Shown here: piece by piece, positions 51,335-59,465 of the stretch
Position numbering within the stretch: position 1 is the first letter of the stretch
Layout: each line of letters starts with the position of its first letter
Notes under the pieces: model-generated
Database searches by the model: none
What the model was told of the DNA's origin: nothing
Seen by the model: the letters and a program-made list of their open reading frames with translations, nothing else
NCBI GenBank assembly: GCA_963828195.1
Contig: CAWHDT010000005.1
Coordinates: forward strand, 800,001 to 864,000
DNA: 64,000 nucleotides
Direction of reading: 5' to 3'
From: Candidatus Bathyarchaeota archaeon
GTDB taxonomy: Archaea > Thermoproteota > Bathyarchaeia > Bathyarchaeales > Bathycorpusculaceae
Position numbers and translations under genes: made by a program

Positions 51335-51640
51335 TCACGTCGAATCTTCATTGTCTGAAGCTGTCGATTCCGCCGCTGCTTTCTTACAGCTTAGCCCTTT
51401 TTGCGGACTCAATGCAATTGAGGTTATTGTGCTCTTCACGCCCCTGATCTTCATGATCTTGTTTTTTAATACATCGCTTAATTCCTCAATATCTGACGCG
51501 CATACAAGCATCACAAGGTCGTATTCTCCTGTTACCTCATAGAGTTCCTCAACGGCATCTATTTCGAGGAGGGATTGAACCACTTCATCCATAAGCGTTG
51601 ATTCAACAAAAATGTTTACAAATGCATACAATTCATGCAT
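51335..51640 (-). CDS. Lrp/AsnC ligand-binding domain protein
   Basis: AFVNIFVE...YEVTGEYDLV...GVKSTITSI. Confidence 0.85.
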   Translation of the reverse strand: MHELYAFVNIFVESTLMDEVVQSLLEIDAVEELYEVTGEYDLVMLVCASDIEELSDVLKNKIMKIRGVKSTITSIALSPQKGLSCKKAAAESTASDNEDST

Positions 51641-51890
51641 CTATTTCTCAGCAACCATCATAGCTTCTTCGATTTTCAACTAGGTAAAGACAGTATTGTA
51701 CTTTTCTATACGCTCTCTCGCCGTTTCCTGGCTTTAAGTTGCTTAAGTTAAGGTTGACTGGAACTTCTTTCGCTCTTCCGTTTTACTGTTAACCAAATAA
51801 AACATCCGCCCCCCTCCCTACTATTTACAATCAAATCTGCTAGGTAAAAAGCAACACAAACACTCAGGCACTACTCATCAATCATCTGCC

Positions 51891-52679
51891 TTAGATACCG
51901 AGATAAGCTGGTTTGGTGCCAACAGTAAACACGACGTATCTGCCGGTGCCGAAAAACGTGTTAACGCCCGTCAAAAAAGATTTCACTTGAACAAGCCCTG
52001 CGCTGCGAAAAATCTCATTCATCTCTTTAACTGAAGGCGTATAAAAAACTCTGTTCAAAGCGTACTTGCTAAACCACCCAGATTCAGGACCACAAACAAT
52101 CACTTTTCCGTTCGGATTTGCAACCCTAGCTAACTCTTTTAACACTTTTTCGGGGTCAGGGAAATACTCTATGGCTCCAACAGAAATAACTGCGTCAAAA
52201 GAACCATCGATAAACGGCAGGTTTTCCGCGTCGCCCCTTGAAATTGATAGCGTTGCCTTTTTTGAATGTAGGTTCTTAACTGCCCTGTTTAACTGCACGG
52301 GATTCATATCTAAACCCACAACTTCGCAAACGTCTCCCCTGCCCAGAATCCCTGAGGTAGTGTAGCCTGTGCCGCAGCCGACATCAAGCACCCGCAGGTC
52401 AACGCCCATTTCAATTTGGCTTACCATTTCATTTCTCATCGTGTCAGTGTAAAGATAGGGGTTCAAAATGTCGTAGGCAGCCGAAAATACCCTGTAAAAA
52501 TTCAGCGCTTTCTGCTTATCTGCAAGTAAACCCTGCGTTTTCTGGGTGCCATCAGATGCTGCTCCTTTTTGCTTTGCCCAAACATAACTAAAAGCTATGA
52601 AACTCATAAATCCAGTAAGTAAACTTGCAAAGAAAAACAGGACTGAAGAAGCAATCTTCTCATTTGATTTGTTGTTCAC
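51891..52679 (-). CDS. Membrane-anchored class I SAM methyltransferase, UbiE/MenG-like
   Basis: N-terminal TM, YDILN, VLDVGCGTG, GDAENLPF..SFD. Confidence 0.8.
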   Translation of the reverse strand: MNNKSNEKIASSVLFFFASLLTGFMSFIAFSYVWAKQKGAASDGTQKTQGLLADKQKALNFYRVFSAAYDILNPYLYTDTMRNEMVSQIEMGVDLRVLDVGCGTGYTTSGILGRGDVCEVVGLDMNPVQLNRAVKNLHSKKATLSISRGDAENLPFIDGSFDAVISVGAIEYFPDPEKVLKELARVANPNGKVIVCGPESGWFSKYALNRVFYTPSVKEMNEIFRSAGLVQVKSFLTGVNTFFGTGRYVVFTVGTKPAYLGI

Positions 52680-53330
52680 GGGTTAATTACCACGTTGCCC
52701 CACATGCCGAGTGTTACGTGTCCAGGAACTTGGCAGATGTAGTTATAGTTGCCTGATTTGGTGACTTTAAAAATTACTGATCCGGTTTGGTTCACTTCTA
52801 TTGGGACTGCGCCGCTGTCAATTTGTGCGCCAAATAGCACTTTTGCTGAAGTTTGGTTGGTTGTGGTCAATGCCCAATTGTGAGGCATGGTTCCTACGTT
52901 GATGACGGTCATGTTTACAACGTCGCCAACTATAAATGTCAAGGTTGGACCGGGCGCAGTTATAGAGGTTGAGCTATTCCCAAACCCATAAACAATTAAG
53001 GAAACCTGCCCGGCATACAGAGTTACAAAAACATTGGGCGGAGGCAGCGGCTTTGGTGTACCGACGCCTGCGAACACAGCAGCCGCCAACAAAACAAGAA
53101 TCCCCAAAGCAACAAAACCCGTGGTTAACAGTTTTTTGCTGGCTCCTGGGGTTTGCTCATAAAAAATGTAGACTAGCAACGCAAAAGCGATGAGTTCCGC
53201 GCTCACAAGAAACCCGAAAACTCTCTGCTGAGTTATGAAATCCAGAAGCCAAATGGAGATTCCTACGATGACAAGAAAAGTTATGAGGGAAAAACGCGAT
53301 TAAACGCAGGGGGTCGCCGGTACGCTTCAT
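52676..53330 (-). CDS. Membrane-anchored type-1 blue copper protein (sulfocyanin/rusticyanin-like); 5' part frameshifted at ~53287-53294
   Basis: PHNW...YICQVPGHVTLGMWG copper ligands. ATG at 53330 overlaps the cyt b stop, and removing one base from TTTTTCCC joins MKRTGDPLRLIAFF to LITFLVIVGISIW...VSAEL. Confidence 0.82.
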
Positions 53331-54838
53331 TGCTTTGCCCCCGCTCCCTCATAGGCTAAAACATATTTGCGAAGCATCATGCACATAAAAAAAGCCGAGG
53401 CAACGAAGCTCGTCACAGCCATAACGAAAAACGGCGCATTCGCCAAAATGTTAGGCAACATGTTCACTGCTGACGCCAAAGAAACTGAAGCAACCACCAA
53501 GAAAACAACGAAGAGGGCGGTGAATCTATTTAGTATGCTTTCGGCTGCATTTCTGGCGTATTTGATAAGGTGTTTCTTTCTTTGAGCAGACACCATGTTT
53601 TGGGCAGGCGAAACGGGTTTTGGTTGGCTGGGCAAAGTAGATGTAGCTTGTGTGTTGGTTGCTTTTGTTTTTCCTCTCCACCGATAAACCGACAGCACGG
53701 CAGCGGCAGTTACGGCGGCAAGTCCGAACAAAACTATGACAGCCTGATAATTAGGAATTATCCGTCCAGGAGTCAAATAGCCCCAAATGGTTAACGCGAT
53801 AAGCTCCACGATTAATACGGACCCGATTGTAGCATAAAATGGTCTTTGGCTAAGGTCGCGACGTTTACTATGATCGTAAAACGGCATCAGGAAAAGAAGC
53901 ACCCCAAAAGCAATCACCGCCACCAAAACGTAAACTGCAGCTGGACCCTCAAATACCTGGATTTTCAGAAGCTGATAAAGCCACAGCAGGTACCAGTCAG
54001 GCTGAACAGTGATTGAGCCAGCGGTTGCAGGTGAATATGCAGGCGGCAAAACGAGCGGGAAAAGCGAGGCAACTGCAAGCAAAATAGCGATGTAAACGCT
54101 GAAAAGCATGACGGCGTAGAGGAAAACTTTTGGGAACCACGGCTGGATCTTGTCTGATTTCGGTTTTCCGTATGCTGGCACGTAAGCTGGACCATGTACC
54201 TCGTACATGTAAATTTTCAATCCAAGTAGACCGATAATGGCTAATGGAAGGAAGACTGTGTGTATGTGAAGAAAGGATATTATTTCTGAATCATTGCTGC
54301 CGGAGCCTACTGCAACGAACTTTCCGAGATTTGCTATCCCCGTTGGGAAAAAGTTGAGGAATCCGATGGCGACGTCGCTGGCAGACTTTGAAATTACTGT
54401 CCACGGCAAAAGATAGCCTGTTATGCCGAAACTAACCACGACAACGCCTAATGCGATTCCTACCAGCCACATCAAATCTCTATTGCCTTTGTGTGCACTG
54501 CCAAAATAATTTCTAACTAAGTGCAAAAAAGTAAGCAGAATCATCGCGTAAGCACCGTATAGGTGGATGGTTTCCACGAGCGAACCCAGAGGAACCGAGC
54601 TGATTATGGAAGCCGTTGACGAGTATGCTTGAGCGGATGTGGGGACATAGTAGAGAAGCATGAATATGCCTGTTGTAGCCTGCAAACCAAAAGTCACCGC
54701 CAAAAGCAGTCCCAGCCAGTAAATAGGGTTCATCGCGAAGTCTGGAATTGGCTTAAGCGGCGTCTTTGCGAAGCCGAACTTCACGTCAAACCAGTCAACA
54801 AGCTTGTCGTAGGCGGTTTTCTCGGTTTGCTCACTCAT
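53327..54838 (-). CDS. Cytochrome b of Rieske/cytochrome b complex (single chain, extra C-terminal TMs)
   Basis: TGIFMLLYYVP, HLYGA...HLVR, TGYLLPW, PDWY. Confidence 0.92.
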   Translation of the reverse strand: MSEQTEKTAYDKLVDWFDVKFGFAKTPLKPIPDFAMNPIYWLGLLLAVTFGLQATTGIFMLLYYVPTSAQAYSSTASIISSVPLGSLVETIHLYGAYAMILLTFLHLVRNYFGSAHKGNRDLMWLVGIALGVVVVSFGITGYLLPWTVISKSASDVAIGFLNFFPTGIANLGKFVAVGSGSNDSEIISFLHIHTVFLPLAIIGLLGLKIYMYEVHGPAYVPAYGKPKSDKIQPWFPKVFLYAVMLFSVYIAILLAVASLFPLVLPPAYSPATAGSITVQPDWYLLWLYQLLKIQVFEGPAAVYVLVAVIAFGVLLFLMPFYDHSKRRDLSQRPFYATIGSVLIVELIALTIWGYLTPGRIIPNYQAVIVLFGLAAVTAAAVLSVYRWRGKTKATNTQATSTLPSQPKPVSPAQNMVSAQRKKHLIKYARNAAESILNRFTALFVVFLVVASVSLASAVNMLPNILANAPFFVMAVTSFVASAFFMCMMLRKYVLAYEGAGAKQ

Positions 54839-54846
54839 GCCTTATC

Positions 54847-55800
54847 TCATCCCATAACGGTGGATTGAGTAACCAATTCACCCTGCAAATCATACTGCAT
54901 CACAGAAGCGGGGTTAGTTGTTCCAGGCGGACCATACCCAAAAATCGTAGGCGGACTCATACCGACAGCGCTTATATCGCCCGTAGCCGAATCAAGCTGC
55001 AGTGTAACCATGGGGACTGGCCTTGGAGCGGGGCCGCCGATTACTTTTGCGCCGTGGACAAAATCGTATTGCGATCCGTGGCAGCAACAATAGCCCATAG
55101 GAATTGCGGCCTTGTATGTGGAGTTGCAAACTGGTGAGCTGCCTGGCGACAAGAAACCGTACTGGCAACCTAAATGCTGGCAAATGGCGCTGAAAGCCAC
55201 TATGTCACCGTTCGGACCGATGCCGCCGGTGGCAGCTACGCCTAATTTAACGAGGTAGTTCGGCGTGTTGGTTAATGGATAATAGAAAACAACTGGTGTG
55301 AGGTTTGTGAGGCTATTTACGTTTGCGACAGTGACTATTGGCCAAGCTGCCACAGCGGTTGGCGGAGGCACAAACGTTCCAGCTTTCAAAGTTGACAACA
55401 AGGCTGCAACCGTTACTGCTCCTCCTGCAGCGGCTGCCAACTTCAGGAAATCGCGCCTCTGCATACCAGCGGGTTTTGGTTGGGCGGGAATAGGCGCTTG
55501 GGGCCCGGCAGGTATTCTTTCAAGAGTTACGGGGGGTGGAACCTGCGTAAAAGCTTCGGTGAATTCGCCGACAAGAGGGTATCTGAAAACGTTATCTTCG
55601 CCGTGAGGGGCTTTTTTTATGGCTTCAGTCAAATCCTCGCTTTGAGTGTGCATACCCATGTGTTTTCCTTGGGGCCAAAGCTTGCTGCTTGATAAATCGT
55701 AGACTTTGCCTTTGAAAACTATGTATAACGGGTGACCGTTTAACCCGTCGAATTGTTTCAAATCGTCAGAAGCGAATTTCTTTACCTTAGCTTCACCCAT
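54847..55800 (-). CDS. Rieske iron-sulfur protein fused to N-terminal cytochrome b5-like heme/steroid-binding domain
   Basis: L.QFDG.NG.P.YIVFKGKVYDLS...HMGMH...APH, internal Tat motif QRRDFLK plus TM, CQHLGC and CCCHGSQYD boxes. Confidence 0.9.
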   Translation of the reverse strand: MGEAKVKKFASDDLKQFDGLNGHPLYIVFKGKVYDLSSSKLWPQGKHMGMHTQSEDLTEAIKKAPHGEDNVFRYPLVGEFTEAFTQVPPPVTLERIPAGPQAPIPAQPKPAGMQRRDFLKLAAAAGGAVTVAALLSTLKAGTFVPPPTAVAAWPIVTVANVNSLTNLTPVVFYYPLTNTPNYLVKLGVAATGGIGPNGDIVAFSAICQHLGCQYGFLSPGSSPVCNSTYKAAIPMGYCCCHGSQYDFVHGAKVIGGPAPRPVPMVTLQLDSATGDISAVGMSPPTIFGYGPPGTTNPASVMQYDLQGELVTQSTVMG

Positions 55801-56043
55801 AAAAACGTCTCACAGCTTATAAGCAGTTGAAAACCTGCTTACTACTTAGATTCTTTTTAAAGATAAATCTTTTGGCTGCCAAAATTTTGCTCTTTGATTT
55901 TTTAAGCATTCAAAACCTGAACATAGTCTCTTGCTGCCGCCGAAAAAAAAGTTGCTCGCAACGTTAAGAAAGAAAAAAATTGTTTCAAAAGTATATGTAT
56001 ATAAAATTCCTTGACAATTTGACTTTTTTATTCGGTGCGCAAT

Positions 56044-56316
56044 ATGAAATCTTCATCATCGCAAAGGCTTCAAAATGCCGACGGAAAACAAAAGGCGAAA
56101 ACTGCTGCGTGTATGCGTTGCGGTGTTTGTCTGCGGGTTTGTCCTCACAACTTGAGTCCTGTTCTAATCAAAGAAGCTTTTGAAAAAGGCAAAAAGGAAA
56201 AACTAAAGCAGCTGAGAGTGGATCTGTGCGAGGGCTGCGGAAACTGCAGTTACGGTTGCCCTTCAAGAATCGATCTTAGAAGCTCAGTGCTTAGAGCAAA
56301 AGCTTCGCTGCGTTAA
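56044..56316 (+). CDS. 2[4Fe-4S] dicluster protein similar to the RnfC C-terminal domain
   Basis: CMRCGVCLRVCPHNLSP and CEGCGNCSYGCPSRIDL. Confidence 0.8.
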   Translation: MKSSSSQRLQNADGKQKAKTAACMRCGVCLRVCPHNLSPVLIKEAFEKGKKEKLKQLRVDLCEGCGNCSYGCPSRIDLRSSVLRAKASLR

Positions 56317-56452
56317 AAAAGCTTTAAGAGCACTAAATATTTTCTTTAACGCAGGAGTCAAGGTTCTTGCCTAAGCAGTAATTCCGCTCAGAGAATATTT
56401 ATATTAGGCTTCATTGTTTAACTGCAAGGAAAAACAAAGGATTCGAGCAATC

Positions 56453-56917
56453 TTGACTACTCCTCACGATGTTCCAGCGTCCAAATTCATCGATCGTTTA
56501 TCCAGGTATCTTAAGGAAAATGTTGATGAAGTTCAGCCTCTTCCATGGGCAACTTTTGCCAAAACCGGAAACCATGTAGAAAAGCAGCCGCAGAACCCGA
56601 ACTGGTGGTACACACGAAGTGCATCTATACTTCGTAAAGTCTATGTGTATGGTCCAATCGGGTTGGAGAAACTGCGTTCTGATTATGGCGGAAGAAAGAA
56701 TAACGGTGTTAAAAAGTCGCATGTTGTTAAGGCAGGCGGAAATAACATTCGTAAGATTCTTCAGCAGCTTGAGACTGCGGGATTAATTCAGACCTCTCGG
56801 CCTCAGGGCAGAATCATGACTCCTAAAGGGCGCAAGTTGCTTCAGGAGGTTGCTGGAGACTTGCATAAGGAAATAGTTAAGTCTGTTCCTGAGCTCAAGA
56901 AGTATCAAGGCGAATAG
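56453..56917 (+). CDS. rps19e: 30S ribosomal protein S19e
   Basis: MTTPHDVPA...WATFAKTG...WWYTRSASILRK...YGGRK; TTG start at 56453. Confidence 0.96.
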   Translation: MTTPHDVPASKFIDRLSRYLKENVDEVQPLPWATFAKTGNHVEKQPQNPNWWYTRSASILRKVYVYGPIGLEKLRSDYGGRKNNGVKKSHVVKAGGNNIRKILQQLETAGLIQTSRPQGRIMTPKGRKLLQEVAGDLHKEIVKSVPELKKYQGE

Positions 56918-56922
56918 TTGCA

Positions 56923-57252
56923 ATGTCGGATGACGAGCTTGACGCAATTCGCAGAAGAAAACTTTCATCTATGCAGCACAGAGCGAGTGATGAGCAGAGG
57001 CAGTCTCAGGAAGAGGCGCAGTTTGAAGCTCAAAAGCAGGCGTTGCTGAACAAGATATTGTCGCCTGAGGCTCGGCAAAGGCTAAATAATCTTAAGATGG
57101 TTAAGGCTGAGTTTGCGGAGCAAATTGAGTTGCAGCTGATTCAGATGGCGCAGGCAGGTAAGTTGCCTATTCCGTTGTCTGATGCTCAGCTTAAAGGTAT
57201 ATTGATTCAGCTTCAATCACGGAAGCGAGAACCAACAATTAGAAGGATATGA
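56923..57252 (+). CDS. DNA-binding protein, PDCD5 family
   Basis: DDELDAIRRRKL...ILSPEARQRLNNLKMVK. Confidence 0.93.
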   Translation: MSDDELDAIRRRKLSSMQHRASDEQRQSQEEAQFEAQKQALLNKILSPEARQRLNNLKMVKAEFAEQIELQLIQMAQAGKLPIPLSDAQLKGILIQLQSRKREPTIRRI

Positions 57253-57256
57253 AAGT

Positions 57257-57415
57257 ATGGCGCGTGTTAAACCTACAGCGAAAAAGCTTCGGCTAGCTAA
57301 AGCTGGAAAAGAATCAGCGGGTGTTCCCACATGGGTGATTGCCCGAACTGACGGTAAAGTTAGAAATAACCCTAAGCAGCAGCGAAACTGGCGAAAAAGG
57401 AAAATAAAGGCGTAG
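57257..57415 (+). CDS. rpl39e: 50S ribosomal protein L39e
   Basis: Not in ORF track. Translates to MARVKPTAKKLRLAKA...VPTWVIART...RNWRKRKIKA. Confidence 0.95.
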   Translation: MARVKPTAKKLRLAKAGKESAGVPTWVIARTDGKVRNNPKQQRNWRKRKIKA

Positions 57416-57430
57416 GAGACGAAGGGCTAA

Positions 57431-57910
57431 ATGGTCAAATTAGAGGAACAGAAAGCTAAAGAACAAGAAGAAGAAGTGCCTGAAGTTAGCGAAGAGGGAA
57501 CCGTTGAGAAAGAAGAGCCTGTAGAGGCAGAAGTGGCTCCGGCTGAAGTGCAGCCCGCCGAGGAAGAGGCTGAAGAGGAAGCTAAGCCCAAGAAGAAGAA
57601 AGAGGAAGAAGAAATTGTTGAAGAACGCACCTACACGATTCCTCTGTCAAGAGCGCTGGTTAGGCCGCCGAAAAAGCGTGCTCCACGTGCAATGCAGCTG
57701 ATAAAGATTTTCATAACCAAACATATGAAGTTGGAGATGAAGGTTTCTGAGGAAGAGGAAGAAGAGGAGTTGCCTCAGCTTATAATAAGTCAGGAAGTTA
57801 ACGAAAAAATCTGGGACCGCGGCATCGAGAAGCCTCCGCGAAAAATCCGGGTCCGCGCAGCAAAAGACAAAGACGGCAACGTAACCGTCTACTTAGCTGA
57901 AGCCCAATAA
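57431..57910 (+). CDS. rpl31e: 50S ribosomal protein L31e with acidic N-terminal extension
   Basis: ERTYTIPL...KKRAPRA...VNEKIWDRGIEKPPRKIRV. Confidence 0.94.
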   Translation: MVKLEEQKAKEQEEEVPEVSEEGTVEKEEPVEAEVAPAEVQPAEEEAEEEAKPKKKKEEEEIVEERTYTIPLSRALVRPPKKRAPRAMQLIKIFITKHMKLEMKVSEEEEEEELPQLIISQEVNEKIWDRGIEKPPRKIRVRAAKDKDGNVTVYLAEAQ

Positions 57911-57979
57911 AACATCTCCTCAACCATTTTTAAAATATATTTCGGTTATGCAATAGACGTTTTTGTGCATATGCCCCGT

Positions 57980-58185
57980 ATCTGGCTTTTGCTGTAAAGT
58001 TTTAATTTTGAAAGAACAACAACACCCGGAAAACAACTGTTGTTCTTCTCGGTAATCAATATTTTTAAAAGAAGAAGAAGCTTAGTGAAATCGTTTTTCT
58101 TCTTCCGCCTGTTTCTTTTTCGTGACGATTTTTTGGCACACAAACTAAGCAGGTCTAAAGGTGAGCAGGTTTGGTCAGGATTTGT
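57980..58185 (-). repeat. Dispersed intergenic double-palindrome element, copy D
   Basis: AAGAACAACA-N16-TGTTGTTCTT (58012-58047) and GAAGAAG-N18-CTTCTTC (58074-58105). The flank TTTTTGGCACA...AGGTCTA matches copy A in reverse. Confidence 0.9.
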
Positions 58186-58885
58186 TTGGTTTGCCCCTCT
58201 ATAAAGGGGTATAAATGGAGTTTTTTGCCTCTTTATGAAGAGGTGAAACAGGCTGACGTGTAAGGTACAATAAGTTCAACAAATGGCAGTCCTGAGTGCG
58301 TTCAGGTCTTCCGCCAAATTTTGGGGTGCTACTGCTTCCCTCAGAAAACGAAAAGCTAAATGCTACGGGGCAAAAAATGGTGATTAAGCGGATTTAGCCG
58401 CGTGCCAACCTTGCTATGTCGCAAAAAGAGCGGGGGACGCGCCTTTGCAAAGTTAGCAGCCAGACCCACTTAACAACTGGCTCTTAGCTGTTTGCTTGTT
58501 CTTGTTAACAGCATATGATTCTTGTAGATATAAGAAAATGTTGTCACATAGTGAAGCAACAACCGCTCGGCAACTGAAACGATTTGGCGCCGAAAAAATT
58601 TTATTTCAAAATAAATTTGGTTGCCTGAGGCTTTTCGGCACCTAAAATATGGTGAATAGCTTTCCTTGTGATTATAGATGAAGCGGTTGCTACCTAAGAT
58701 TTATCGTGTGGGCCAAAGCAAGGGCTTAAATGCTTTCACTTTATTTTATGAGAGAAAATGCGCACTCAGAACCATTAAATTCACATTGTACTGTTTCTGG
58801 CGCTAAGATTCGGCGGCAAATATCAATGTTGCAGAAAACTTTACTTTATAGTGCAAGATACAAAATAATCTGTAAAAACATAAAA

Positions 58886-59038
58886 TCAGTATGTTACCTT
58901 GAAACACTTGCCGCAATTTGGGCAAATATAGGAGGCTAATCTGAAGTAAGAGTTTTCTATTTTCTTTTCAGGTGCCTCAATCTTCGATCCGCAATTAGGA
59001 CAGCTAACATTTTCAAATGAATTTTTGAAAATAATCAC
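58886..59038 (-). CDS. Small zinc-ribbon (CPxCG) protein
   Basis: CPNCGSKIE...YICPNCGKCFKV; GTG start at 59038 preferred. Confidence 0.65.
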   Translation of the reverse strand: MIIFKNSFENVSCPNCGSKIEAPEKKIENSYFRLASYICPNCGKCFKVTY

Positions 59039-59465
59039 CGGTTGTAAGATGGCAATGTACAAACTGCTGAAAAGAATAAAAGAATATGTGTGTTGCATCA
59101 AGCAATCACACAGATCCGGATGTTAACTTTCAACTGAGCCAATATCCCAATAATTCGAGTTAATGAAACGATTTTTTGGTAAGAATCTTGCAAAAGAATA
59201 AACGCTTGGGCGAAACCGAAAAGGAAATCGAGCGGATTACTCGCCATTCTATTTTCTCGTGAGTACCTAATTTGAGTCATTAAATTCATCAAAACACAGG
59301 CGTATTTTTTTCTCTGTCGATACGTACATTATTAATACTTGGTCACTATCTATTCATGAATAAGTAGCTCAGATGAATTTAGTGTAAAGCATATTGAGCC
59401 ATCTTGGGGTGTGCAGTATTATCAAAAAAGCAGAGAGAGAGAAACACTATAAAGGAGTTCCGCAT

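Noticed and set aside
51645-51810. Possible decayed small gene upstream of the Lrp-domain ORF (RBS-like GGAGG then ATG)
   Set aside because: Multiple stops and no recognisable motif; it cannot be supported.
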